Assembly (NCBI GenBank): GCA_013265495.1
Contig: MU058423.1
Span: 3,363,061-3,427,060 of the forward strand
DNA from: Vicugna vicugna
Lineage: Eukaryota
DNA length: 64,000 nucleotides
Direction of reading: 5' to 3'
Part shown: positions 26,911 to 40,513 of the stretch, piece by piece
Layout of the letters: every line of letters starts with the position of its first letter
How positions within the stretch are numbered: the stretch's first letter is position 1
Notes under the pieces: generated by a model
Seen by the model: only the letters and a program-made list of their open reading frames with translations
The model's database searches: none
Told to the model about the DNA's origin: nothing
Position numbers and translations under genes: made by a program

Positions 26911-29272
26911 TTATAATAATGTGACTAGATGACCCCTTTTCTGGTCAGAGTAGAAATAATTTTGAACCATACGGTCAAACAGCATTTTCTAATCCTGGTT
27001 ATTTTTTCTTTATATTAGCTACTTATTAGTAACTTTTTCATCTTAAAAAAGTCAATTTAATGTATCAATAGGCAAATTGATAGTATATACATATCAAAAG
27101 CCTTATAAATGCCCCTTGACTCAAATAATTCCATTTCTAAGTGTTAATCCTAAAAAAAAAAGCGCACAAAATTTGACTTTAATGATACCCATTTTAGTGT
27201 GTTTACAAAAGTTTTAATAAAAAAGAAAGCAAAGAAGAAAGACTTTCAAAAGAGACTTTGTTCAATAATCCATGGAAACCTATATAATAGAATGGCATGC
27301 ATCTATTAAAATAATTCTATAATTGAATATTTAATGATATGGGAAGATACATTAAATGAAAAAGATATAAGTATAGTATGATTCCACTTTGGTTTAAAAT
27401 TATGTGATAAGCGTGTGTGGAGTGTGTGTGTATGTGTGTGTGTGTATATACAGATCAATAAAGACTCCTAGGTTATACTCCAACATACTAATAATAGTGA
27501 TTATTTCTGATTGGTTCATTTATATGCAATTTTTATTCTTTTTGCTTTTCTGTTTTTAAGTTTTCTGCATGAATATGTATTATTTCTGCAGTAAGGAAAA
27601 AAGTTACTTAAAAGAAGTACACAATGTACAATGAACTAAAATCCCCAAAACATGAAGATATAATCTGGCCAAAGAGAAGAAATCCCTCAGCTTGTTTACA
27701 AAGTAAATGATTCAATACACAGATGTGCTCATTAGCTTCCTGGACACTCCCTGATTTCACGTGGTTTTCTGCCACAAGCTCACGTGAAATTTAGAAAAGT
27801 ATTTAGCTGTGAGCACAAAAAAAGATGGAAAAAAATAAGGCAAACTCAAACTTGGGAATCCTAAAAAATACAAGATAATTTTCTTCTTATATTTCTTTTT
27901 TAAAGTAGACCAGAAATTAAACCTGTTCTGACAATCACAATAAACTTCAAAAGTGATTTGAATGCTTTTACAAGGGAAGAGTGCTCTGAAAAGATTTTAA
28001 TGCAATATTCTGTCTTTTTGAAAGGTCTTCAAAAAGATTTTATTAGGCAATAATTTGGTTTCAGTTTATTAGATTACTATAATTGTACAATGTATCTTCT
28101 GAGCGTTTTATTAACTATGGCATGTAAAAGTCTGCCCATTTTAATAACATTTATTACAAATAAATACCTTTTAATCTTTGTATTTTTTCCTAACCTCTTC
28201 ACTGAACACACTTTCCCAGCAGAAACCGGGTCCTTCTAAGATTAATTTTTGCTAATAATCTTTAAAAGGGCAAAACTGTGTAAGGCAATTCTAGATGAAA
28301 AGTTCAGTAAACAGTCTTACTCACAACAGATCAGAATCTAAGACATCTACGATAAATATGTCTCCAACCGCTCATCAGGTTGTCAGTCAATGTGGTATGT
28401 TAAACATACAACTGACCTCCTTGGGTCCTCCCCTACCATATATTAGTTCCCCTCAACAAAACAAAACAAAGATTCTTCTTGACTTCTTTACGCTAACATG
28501 TTGTCAAGGCATTTGTCATAGCATTATCAGTTCAGGCTCTTATTTGCTTCTGCCTGGGTTATTTTTATAGACTCCTAATTTGCCTCCTCATTTCCAATCG
28601 ATCCCCATTTGAATCCAAAGAGCATCAGCCCACCAGCCAGCTTAAACACCCCTTTGATCACATTGCACATTACAGCCTAGTGTAAGAATCTTAGATTGAC
28701 TTTTATCCTATGAACAGTGGAAAGCAAATTCTTTATAATGGCATTCAAAGTCTTTACCTTCCGCTAGAAGTTTAATGTGAACTCTCTGTAATCAGGCTAA
28801 TGTATCACCAACTCCTATCGATGACTTGCTCAAACTGTCCCCACCATCCTCACTTCCTTGTCAATGCAAATTCATCCTCCCAGAACGTGCAACTGAAAAG
28901 CTGATGTGATTTTCAGTAACCGCTTACAATACAGTTTTAAATAAATTATTACCTTCAGAATTTCAACAACACTCACATATTGTCTGACCCACTGATTAGG
29001 CACTAACTCATACTGTCTCCTACTCTCCAGCAATTATACATGTATGATCTAATTTCATTAAGCAGAGGTAATTCCCTTATGGGCCTTTATATTTGTTGTA
29101 CTTCCCACAGGTCCTGACAGCTAAAAACTTGGTAAATGCTCAATTAATATTGGTAAACAATGAATTATCTGCGTCTTTAGTTTCTGCACAAAACCAAATA
29201 TATTTATAATTTGCTATGTACCTCTAAGGCTTTTCTTTGATAAAATGAATGATTATTTTACGTAGGTTCATG

Positions 29273-29778
29273 CATCAGGGGGTCCCCAAAACCACCCCTA
29301 GGTTCAGTGACCCATTAGGAGGACTCACAGGACTCAGTGTATAGTCACACTCATGTCTCAGATGTATACAAAGCAGAATCAGCCAAGGGCAAAGGAGCAG
29401 GGAACAAAGTCCTGAGGAACCACGTGCAAGCTTCCCAGAGTCCTTTCCCAGTGGAGTCACCCAGAACACAATTTCTCCAGCATCAAATTATGACAACACA
29501 TGTTGTCTACCAGGGAAACTCATTAGAGATGCAGAACCTAAGGTGTTTTTTTTTTTTTCCTCTCTCTCTCTCTCTCTCTCAACAGCCCAAAAGTCCAGAC
29601 TCCCAGAAAGCACTCAGCACAAACCACACTGTTTGTAGTCTAGGCACAATGAGTCACTCTAAAGTTTCATGTCAGTGTGGGCAACTGCTGAACATTCCCA
29701 GATGCCAGCAAAAACACTGCAAGCGGGCACTTCTAAGGAAAGCAGTCTTGGGCCTGCTAAGTTAACTCTTCCTATGTA
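29273..29778 (-). mobile_element. LTR (MER21-like)
   Basis: tcagggggtccccaaaaccacccctaggttcagtga...ggactcacaggactcag ... gggcctgctaagttaactctt. Confidence 0.75.
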
Positions 29779-30594
29779 GTTCATTTAATATTTTTATGGG
29801 AGAAATGTTAAGTGTTAACTATATTTGATTTATCAGAGGTACAAGGTGATTTTTAAAAAAAATTAAAATCTAGCATTTATTTTGAGATGCACTGCCTAGA
29901 TTGGTACCCAAGAATGAAAAGCTAGGCAATTTTTAAGTAATTCACATCCTTTAGGTACTTCTAGTTTTCTTTCTTTTTTCTTCCAAAACTAGGTATCTTT
30001 TTCAAATCAACACTTTCATAGGTGCCAGGAGGAAAGAATTAAGTATAACATGTAAAGGAAACAAACCCTCTCAGGCATGGTCCTTGTCTTTTCTTTACGT
30101 GTCAGCTGGGTGCCAGAGCGCTGTGGTAGCTGTTTTAGGTACACCGTCTTACTAAATCCTCTCAACACCCCCATCAGCCAGTGATGGTTCCTGTTTTATA
30201 GATGGAAGCTTTGCGAGGCTAAGTAATCCGCCCAGGGTTACCACGGTGGAGAAAGGGTTTAGGCTCAGATCTGCCTCATTCCAAACTCTTGCTCTTAGCT
30301 TTACACCAACTACCTCTACCTAACAAGGCACAGATTTCTTACTGTGACTCATTTCCCTCAAACAATACAGGGATTGTTTGGTTGGTTACACAGAGCACCA
30401 TTCTTAACCTAACTTTGATTAAAGTCACATTTTAGTTTGAAGAGAAAAGGGTAAATTTAATCCAGGATACTCTGCTTTTTCCTTTCCAACCATGCAAACT
30501 CCAAGTCAAATTACACCCTTTGCTTGTTAAAGCCAGTAGGAAGCTCCCTATTCAGCACAGCACAAAATTTTCTCCTTTATGTGACATATATCTG

Positions 30595-30790
30595 ATTGAA
30601 ATTAGATAGACCTGTATTTGAATTTTGGCATTTCGCTTACCAGCTGTGGGGACCTTGGAACAGTTACACTGAGTCTCAGTTTATTCATCTACAAAACGGG
30701 GAGCCCTACCTCATAGGCTTGCTGTGAGAATTAAATAAGTTAATATACTTGAAGGGTTTAGCCTACACACATTTGCTGAATAAATGATTC
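30595..30790 (+). mobile_element. MIR SINE
   Basis: cttaccagctgtggggaccttggaacagttacactgagtctcagtttattcatctacaaaacggg. Confidence 0.65.
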
Positions 30791-32283
30791 CTGCAACTGA
30801 TTTGTTAAGAAGCAAGCCAAACCAATCTGAGGGAGAAAGGAGGTAGTAGGGAAGTACCCTGACCACCAGGTGTCACCACTAGCCCAGAAGAGTTGGTCTA
30901 ACGGCCAGAAGTGAGGGGTGGGACTCTGCGGCAGGACAGCGTAAGACTGTTCTTTGCATCTATCCAACGTTCAAGAATTGGCTTTGGCTTTCAACACCCT
31001 AAGAGCTGGTACGATATTTGTTGCACCATTCTCAGCTACACTGTTCTTTTACCACTGTGTTGAAAATGTCTGTAGTAATAACTACTTAGATAAATAGCCA
31101 CAGATTTGTCATCATAGTTTAATCGTTAAAACTATCCTCAGACACCGTTTTTAAATTCTGAGACTCAGTATTGCTTCATATCTCCTTTGCTTTGGTCAAC
31201 TAAACATTTATATTTTCTGGATTCCATAAGCTTCAATACTGCCACCGCGGACAATTTTCCGGTCCCAGTTCTACAACCCACGGGCATTATTTCCTTTACA
31301 TTATTAATAGGTGTGACAAAAGGAAAGCAGAATATTTTTTCAGGGTAAAAATAAAGTCCACTGAAAAGTACATTTCAGCAAAAAAAGCATTAGCCATGTG
31401 CCTTATTCCTTGATCTCAGAAACTTAAAAGTTCACTATTAAAAATTCTGCAAATCTATTTTCTTATGGAACATTTACCCTAGAGTAGATCTGTTAATCTA
31501 CAAAAAGCCCTGAAGTGACTCCAAGAAACAGTACCACTCCTGCCTTCATTCTCAACCTGCCAACGACTCTCCTTGAGAGTGCCTAGGGGCTCATTTCAAA
31601 ATGAGGGCTGGGTCCGGGCTCTCTTTCTGGTTCTAAGTCCTCCACACTGAGAGCCACTAGCGGCCACTTCAAGACGTGTAATTCAGTGAGCGTTGGGGCG
31701 TAACTGGACACGCAGCTCTGAGTGGAGGCACAGACTTCTGTCCCGCCTGCCAGGGAACAACTGACTCAAGTCAAGCCTGACCAGGCCTACCCCGGCCGCA
31801 TCCTAGGCTCCCGAGCCCCCGGGAACAGGGAGGAAAAGAGCTAAGCACAGGCTTCTGTTCAGAGTGGGCGCTCTTGGAACTCGAGCAGTTTGGGTTATTT
31901 TTGTTTTAACAAGAGCTCGAATTCCACTTCGCATTTCACAAGTATGGAAAGGTCTGAAAAGAAACCAGAAGCATCCTCTCCTGACCATCGCTCCCATTCC
32001 TAGCCAATTTAGGAGGGAAGAGCCGATATTAGGAACCATCTGGAATCAGGAGCGCAGGTGGCAAACCCAGCCGAGAAGAACCCATTTGCGAAGCACTTTG
32101 TGCAGATCGATACATTACTGACCGATTTCAGACTGGTCCCTAGAGAAAGAAGAGCTCACGAGGCTGGCCGCCCTCCTGGAGCAAATGGGCCACGGAAAGA
32201 GATGCTGCTCATCCAACAAGCCCCTGCCGGGCAGGCGAGGGCGCAGCTGCTCGGAAGCAGCGAGCGGCGCGGCGGGCGGCTTA

Positions 32284-32877
<594 letters not shown>

Positions 32878-33580
32878 TCACGCCTCTCTGGGGTTAAAAA
32901 AAAGGCAAATCCTTCTAAAAAGGAACTTCCTTCTACAGCTTCCTCTCGGCCCTTCTTTCAGTTTTTGCCCCACCTCCTTTCTTCCCCTCCCTCTCCAATG
33001 ATATTTTTTCCCTTGGGTTTGAGAGTCATGGGTTAATAGGGGAATCAGAATCTCCACGACGTTGTTTTCGTCAAATTGAAATCCAAAAACGAAAATATCT
33101 CTTACGTGCTTTAAATTCACGAGCCTTCTAATATAAAACAAGGAGGCAGGAAAAAGAAAAGGGATTGAACTGTGTTGAGGACCCAGGTACTGTACTGCTA
33201 CAGGCGTTTTCTCTGGTTTATACTTTAATGCCTGTCATCCAGGATAAAAGAGTATAGAAGGGATTAAAATAATACTTTCCCTTCTAAAATTTGGCTGCCC
33301 ATACCGAGAACTGGAAAAAAAAATAGTCTCCATAGATGCACGGCAATTACCTGCCCTCTATAGGCATGTATATGCTGTTACAAATGTATGTTGCCTGCTT
33401 GGTTACATAACGTTCGTGTTTTCAGTCTGTTATACCAAACATGCCCTTGCAGGAATCTCTGAAAGGCTGCCATTGAAGAGATTCCCCTTCCCAGTTCGCT
33501 CATTTATTCCTTCCTTCATTCATACAAAAATATTCTTAATCGCCTAAAATGTCAGTCACTGTCTAGACTCAGTGATTTAA

Positions 33581-33631
33581 AGACAGACAGACAGACAGAC
33601 ACACACACACACACACACTCTCTCTCTCTCT
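33581..33631. repeat. Compound microsatellite (GACA)n(CA)n(CT)n upstream of the EEIG2 promoter
   Basis: Seen directly. Confidence 0.95.
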
Positions 33632-35093
33632 GGCCTCAAGAATTTTAAGATCTAGCGAGAGAGACAGAGGTAAATCTGTCGTCAAAAGCCAAAATCTAGC
33701 ATTTGTGTTTACAATAAAGAAGCAATTTGTCTCGAACTCAGAAGAGGAAGTAATTAATTTAAGTTAACCAATGTTCTGAGTTTCAAAGACTGAATAGGAT
33801 TTGGGACAAAGTGAAGGATGGGGGAAGGGGAGTATCTTACGTCTACTGGAGGACACAAGTAGGTAAGCAGGCAGTGGCGGTACGATGTGACATTGAACTC
33901 TGTCTATGTATGACCGTGGGCGAGTAGAGGCTGCTGTGGGAATGTAATGCATCTAACTAGGATAAATTGGGTTGTGGAAGACTTTCTGGGGTAGGTGACA
34001 TTTGAGCTTATGTCTGAATGGTGAGAGTGGGGGTGGGCAGCAGTTTCCAGGAAGAATGTACAAAGGCTCAGAGGAAGAGAGACCACGTTGCAAGAGGAAC
34101 TGAAAGTAGTTCAGTCTGGCTGCAACTTAGAGTAGGTTGTGGTGACAGGGATATAATAGGGAGCCATTGAAGTTTTAAAACAGAGGAATCATATACTCAG
34201 ATTTGAAGTATATAAAGATCTCCAGCATCAGTAAAACTGAAGGAAGATTCTAGTATTCTTTTTTAGACTCATGGTTTGATTATTAAACAAGTTCCAGACA
34301 AGAAACAGACATCATACTCAAAGTGTTTAAATGAGGAAATTTTAATGAAAGGACTCTTTACAGAACTGAGGGCAAAGTAAGGAACCCACAGTCTGGTAAG
34401 GAGTTGAAAGGAGGGGGGATAAATATCCTGACCTCTCTCAGCTCCTGCTCTCTGATCTGCTGGTATCTCCCATGATCTAAAACCAACCAAAGTCGGAGGA
34501 CATGGGAACCTGGAAGATGCAGTTTAGAGAGGATGGCCTCCTGAGGCACAGGGTAAGGTGCAGAATTGTGGAGAGTGATGGAGTTTAGGGAACAGAAAGC
34601 TACCAGCACACACCTGTTCAGTCAGGGTTCACTGTAGAAACCTGAAACCACTCTAGCTATTTCAAAAAGCGAAAGAGTATCAGTCAGGCAATTTTGTGCT
34701 TCTGAAATCCTTAGAAGGGCTGGTGGAGTAGAAGTCAACAGGCTATTGAATTCAAGTCATGTCATTTGTGGTAAACATTACCAGATGCCACTAATATCTG
34801 GTCCTCTTTTACTTCTGGTCATATGGGAGCTCACATTTCTGGATCCCCTTGTAGTTCTGTAGGGCCATGTGACTAGCTCTAGCCAATAAAATGTGAGAAG
34901 TCATGTGTCATTTCCAGGATAAGAGAGTGACAAGCCTTTGAGCAGTTCTCCAGCCTTTCTCTTCCCTGCTACAATAGTCGTGGAGGAAACCTTATGTTAA
35001 GATGTAGTAGCCACAAGATTAAAGAATCCCAGATCACTGAGTCCACACCTGGAGAACTGCCCACACCTGCAGTAAACTTTGTTCCTCTGACAT

Positions 35094-35163
35094 ACAACAT
35101 TGTATTAGTTCAAGATGTACAACATAATATAACATTGTATTAGTCCAAGATGTACAACATAAT
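35094..35163. repeat. 35-bp tandem duplication inside an L1 3' fragment
   Basis: acaacattgtattagttcaagatgtacaacataat / ataacattgtattagtccaagatgtacaacataat (2 mismatches). Confidence 0.9.
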
Positions 35164-36707
35164 GATTTGATATAGGTATACATTGTGAAATGATTGCCAT
35201 AATAATAAGTTTAAATGTGGTTTTCACCCTATGGTCTAAGATGGCTGCTCAAGCTCCAGCCATTTCTCAGTTCCAGCCAGCAAGAAGATGGAAGGACGAA
35301 AGGTGTGCTCAGAAGGAAGAAAAGTATGCTCCCTCTCTTTAAGAACACTTCCTAAAAGATGCGCACTCCACTTTTACTTAAATTCCATCGACCAATAGAA
35401 TCAGAAGTGATGGCACCAAGTCCAGGTCTGACCCATAAAACCTCCCACGTGTGATCCTCCCTTTCTTCTGGCATCTGCTGGTTGGAATTGGAAGTCAAGG
35501 GAAACTTTTGAAGTTACTTGTTGAAGATGACAGAGCTTGTGTGAGCCTGGGTCCATAGGTGACTGTATGGCAAAGGGTTATTCCTTTGCTCCCCCACCCC
35601 TAACCAGGAATGCTTACACTGGACTGTTATGTGAGCAAGAAACAAACTTTCACTGTGCAAGAAACAAATTTTCACCATGACCTTTTGAGGTGTTTGACAC
35701 GACAGCTAGCATTACATGAACTCAGAGATTGTTGCTAAAGTAGAGTGCTATTGCAAAAATCTAAAACTAGTCAGGCAGGCAGTATAAAACAAAAGAACTA
35801 TTATTAGGAGCTGGAAAATGGAAACGAGTGACAAGACATTTGGTGAGAGAGTTGCTTGTGATAATTTAGAAGGCAAATAAGGTGCCTACAAAGCCCATAG
35901 CTCTAGGAGAGGTTGGAAAATGGAATGTTAGTAGGTTATGTTTACTAGCTGTGTTTAGCAAGATATTAGAAAAATGAGATTAGCTCGTGCAATAATAAGC
36001 ATGTTTGCAAACATAAATAAGGAGGAATATAGAGACTACAGCAATCTGGAGACTCAAGGGATTGGAAAAATAGACTGCTTTATACTTCAAAGAATAGGAA
36101 ATAAGATTGAAAAAGCTTTTGAGCAACAGGGGCCCACTAAAACTCAATGATGCAACAAAGATTAGATTTAGGGTGTGGCCTTCATATTTGATTTTGATAG
36201 CCCTTAAGCTGAGAGGAAGAGAAGCATGGGGTGAAAAGGCAAAGAAATAAATTAGGATCAAGACTTATCTCCAGGAAAGAACTTTAGTATTGCTGGCATA
36301 TGGAACTGACTGGATGCAAATAGATCAGAAGTCTTTCAGTATTGCTAAAGAAATCATGAGCCTGTGTTAAAAGCTGTACTTTCCACAAGGAAGGCATGAT
36401 TCCTGACACCCAACTTCATATGTGAGCTTAGAGGAAAAACTTCCAGAGGTCACAGTCAGTGACCCCAGAGGACTATGTACAAGGGGAAAGTGGTTGGTTC
36501 CCTGCAGAAAGGAGAAATGAGGTCTAGCCTAGGAGCCTCCCCCACTGCCAGGTCAGGGCCATCACACTGACTCAAGGCAGAATTTCATCTTTGCATTGGG
36601 CCTGGATCTCCCTTTCTCCCTTTTCCCACCTGGGAATACCGACTGTAAAACATGATCATTATTATATGTAGGGTGTGACTGGGGAAGATATCTTATTAGT
36701 CCACCTA

Positions 36708-36934
36708 CGGTGAGGCTCTCATCCTTGGCACTGTTGACATGTTGGACCAGACAGTTCTTTGGGGTGGGGGGTGGGGCTTTCCTGTGCATTGTACAACGTT
36801 TAGCAGTGTCCCTGGCCTCTGCCCACTAGATGCCAGTAGCATCTTCCTCCTTCCCTCTCTTGACAACCAAAAATGTCTCCAGATCTTGCTTAGTGTTTCC
36901 TGGAGGACAAAATCACCATTGGTTGAGAATCACT
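36708..36934. mobile_element. MER20 (hAT-Charlie) DNA transposon
   Basis: ccttggcactgttgacatgttggaccagacagttctttg...cccactagatgccagtagca...gacaaccaaaaatgtctccaga...ggttgagaatcact. Confidence 0.9.
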
Positions 36935-37386
36935 AGGTCACAAGATGATGTGGAGTTATATCCAGACCTGATGGAGAAGCCTGTGTGGTTACCTGGTGAC
37001 CCTGTACTTTGAACTTGATGAAGTAACTGGTGAGATTTAGGTTATCTCTCATGGGGAGGGGGTGAGTGTTGTATTTGGGGGAAAAGGGTAAAATGGATAT
37101 TTGATGCCCAAATGGTGGGACTATGGCAAAGAGTGCTAGGTCATCACTAAACCTGTTTTCTCTCCTTCCTGAGTACACAGATTGTATTTTTCAGTCTCCT
37201 TTGCAATTAGGTGTCACTGCAAGACTGAGTTCCAGCCAATGAAATGTGCACGTTTTCCAGGCCTGGTCCATAAACACCTCCTGCATGGATTCTTTCATTC
37301 TTCCCCCATCTGATGGCTGGACATTGATGTTAATATGGCCTTGGAAGCCAGGTATTGATGAGAAAGCCTCTGCCAGCCTGGCTCTT

Positions 37387-38249
37387 TCTATTAGTAGCTT
37401 ATAGCAGAGTCCCTCACTTACTCTCCCAAACCCAGTGACCAGGATATTGGTCTGTGAACTGAGTGAGAAATTAGCATTTAATTTTTTGTGTGTGATTTTT
37501 TTTAACTTTTTATTGAGTTATAGTCATTTTACACTGTTGTGTCAAATTCCAGTGTAGAGCACAATTTTTCAATTATACATGAACATACATATATTCATTG
37601 TTACTTTTTTTTTCGCTGTGAACTACCACAAGATCTTGTATATATTTTCCTGTGCTATACAGTATAATCTTGTTTATCTATTCTACATATGCCTGCCAGT
37701 ATCTACAAATTTTGAACTCCCACCCCACCCCACTGGCAACCACAAGTTTGTATTCTATGTCTGTGAGTCTGTTTCTGTTTCATATTTATGTTCTTCTTCT
37801 TCTTTTTTTTTTTTTTAGATTCCACATATGAGCAATCTCATATAGTATTTTTCTTTCTCTTTCTGGCTTACTTCACTTAGAATGACATTCTCCAGGGACA
37901 TCCATGTTGCTGCAAATGGCATTATGTTGTCATTTATATGGCTGAATAGTATTCCATTGTATAAATATACCACATCTTCTTTATCCAGTCATCTGTTGAT
38001 GGACATTTAGGCTGTTTCCATGTCTTGGCTATTGTAAATAGTGCTGCTATGAACATTGGGGTGCAGGTGTCTTTTTGAAGTAGGGTTTCTTCTGGATATG
38101 TGCCCAAGAGCGGGATTCCTGGGTCATATCGTAAGTCTATTAGCAGCTTATGGCAGAGTCCCTTACTTACTCTCCCAAACCCAGTGACCATGATATTGGT
38201 CTGTGAGCTGAGTGAGAAATTAGCATTTAATTTTTTGTGTGTGATTTTT
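37387..38249. repeat. 114-bp direct repeat pair (37387-37500 and 38136-38249)
   Basis: Manual alignment gives 114 nt with 5 substitutions and no indels. Confidence 0.95.
37501..38135 (-). mobile_element. Relatively young 5'-truncated L1 flanked by a 114-bp duplication
   Basis: The minus-strand ORF reads L1 ORF2 C-terminus (YDPGIPLLGTYP...CTPMFIAALFTIAKTWKQPKCPSTDDWIKKMWYIYTMEYYSAI); T-tail at the left end. Confidence 0.93.
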
Positions 38250-38565
38250 AAAAATTATTTTTTAAAATTGTAGTAAAATACATATAACAACATTTACCAT
38301 CTTAACCATTTTTAAGTGTACAGTTATGTGATATGAATACATTCACATTGTTGTGCAACCATTAGCATCATTCATCTACAGAACTTTTCCATCATCCCAA
38401 ACTGAAACTCTTTACCCATAAACAGTATCTCCTCGCACTCCTGTCCTCCCAGTCCTTGGCCACTACCATTCTACTTCCTGTCTGCATGAATTTGACTCTT
38501 CTAGGTACCTCATATGAATGGAATCATACAGTATTTGTCCTTTGATGAGTGGCTTATTTCACTTA
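38250..38565 (-). mobile_element. Older L1MA/MB-like 3' end
   Basis: aattgtagtaaaatacatataacaacatttaccatcttaaccatttttaagtgtacagtt...; flanking repeat agcatttaattttt at 38222-38235 and 38566-38579. Confidence 0.85.
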
Positions 38566-40328
38566 AGCATTTAATTTTTAGAAACTCTGAAATTTGGTGT
38601 GTGTTTGTTGTACCAGCTAGTATTACATACGATATACTCTGTGTAGAACAGAATAGATCCTCAAATAAATGTTTGCTGAATGAATGAATATTCAGCTATT
38701 GTTGTTAATTTGAAACACTTATTTGGGATATTATGGTGCATTTAATTTGTAGATTTATATTGTTTTATAGTTACATAGAAGTTATAAGGCCTAATTTTAT
38801 GTTTAACATACATTTATGAAAACTTATAACAGTTTAAATTAACCTGGGGTGCCCATGTCTTTTTTTTCTATATGTTAATCATTTTGAGGAAGCACTCCTA
38901 TACTGGGTTTTTGCAAAAGCATATATTCTAAGAATGGTAAAACAAATACTTGCCTTAATTTTCCATTGCCTAAAGCCAAACTATACTAGTGTTATTGAAG
39001 CATGATTATAGGAGAATGATACAGGAGTTTGAATAATAACAGTCCCAGCCAAGCAAAATCTTTTAAATTTCCCATCAAAGGAATTATGGCAATAAACACA
39101 CACCCTCCTTTTTTGGTTCTATGGTTAAATAAGAACATTATTGATACCTAAGTACTGACATTTAATTGTCTTGAATACTAGTCTGCCTGGTGGAAAGATA
39201 AAGACTTTCAATGAAAGAATCAGATTACTTTCTGAGGTGCCTCCTTTAATGCTAAAACTTGACCTCATCACTACTTCTTTTTTATCTTTTTAAATTTTTC
39301 TGTGGAAAGATAGCCAAGTGCCTTTGTGTTCTGAAAAACAAATACTAGATTGTCCACTTTTCTATTAGAGACCGCAATGTTTATTCAACAACTTCTTCCC
39401 AGTCAAGACGCAACTAGAGTGGATTAAGAAGGGTTCTTTCACTGAGCAAGTGTGTTAGCTTAAGTGCTCTAGACTGATAGCATCTGGGGGATCCTTAAAT
39501 TCCAGCTCGGTCCTTCGGTTCCTTGTCTTCTTCATAGTCTAGTGTTAGGGCAGCGATGGGAATGATTACTTCCTCACCTCTTTATAATTATTCCTATCAG
39601 GCAGAACTAGCTTTTTTCTTTCCAGAGGACACTAAATTCTGATTTCATAAATAAATACACTATGGACGTTGTTTCTCTAAGAGCATTTTAGAAATTACTT
39701 GTGCTCTCAAAAAGAAGGTAAGAAAATCTTTTAAGAACTCAAATCAAATCAACCTTGAATCCCAAATCTGAAAAAGCCTGATTAATTTGTTGATTTAGAT
39801 CCAAATAATTTCTATAAATTAGTAAACCAAAGAGGAATACTTTAAAGAAACCAAACCAAAAAGCAACCATTAAACCAGAACCTATTTTATGCATTTTCTA
39901 ATTAAATTGGCACGAGACCAGAGTGCTATGATATTTTGTTTAGCTAGACATCTGGAAAGCATTTTTAAAATTAGTGTTATTTTATCCTTTTGCACCAGAG
40001 GTACAGAACTTTCAGGTACATTTTTTTGACCTGTTTCATTTTTTGTTCATAAAACATGCAAATTGATCAATTACAATCCAAAAATTAAATAGCTTCTATG
40101 GCAATCATAAGATAAAGGCCATGCTTCCTATAATATCGCTAGCCCAAAGTTAGGGCTATGCACAACTGAAATTCTGAAATGAATCAGAGTAATGACTTAA
40201 AAACAATGAACAGTGATTTAGGAGTTTCAGGTTTTAATCCTAGTTCGGCTTCTGATGGCTTAATTTTGAGCAGATGACAACTTCCCTGAGCTCATTTTCT
40301 TCTGCGAAGTGAAGGACTTAGTCTAGGC

Positions 40329-40513
40329 CAGCACAGTTCCATAGAACTTTCTGCAATGATAGAAATATCTGCTCTGTTCAATATGGTAATCACTAGCCAT
40401 GTGTAGTCACACATATGGCTGGTATGATTAAGGAACTGAATTTTAAAGTTTATTTAATTATAAGTAATTTAAATAGCTACATGTGGCTAATGGCTGCCAT
40501 GTTGGATGGCAGA
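40329..40513. mobile_element. MER3-like hAT-Charlie element
   Basis: atagaactttctgcaatgatagaaat...actagccatgtg...gctacatgtggctaatggctgccatgttgga; flanked by gtctaggc / ttctagac (NTCTAGAN-type target). Confidence 0.8.

Larger units (their letters stand above)
35407..38635 (+). mobile_element. Ancient MLT1-type MaLR with two LTRs and internal sequence, interrupted by MER20 and two L1s
   Basis: Homologous LTR segments at 35422 (ccaggtctgacccataaaacctcc) and 37257 (ccaggcctggtccataaacacctcc). The second LTR is split by L1s and resumes near 38580. Confidence 0.6.
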
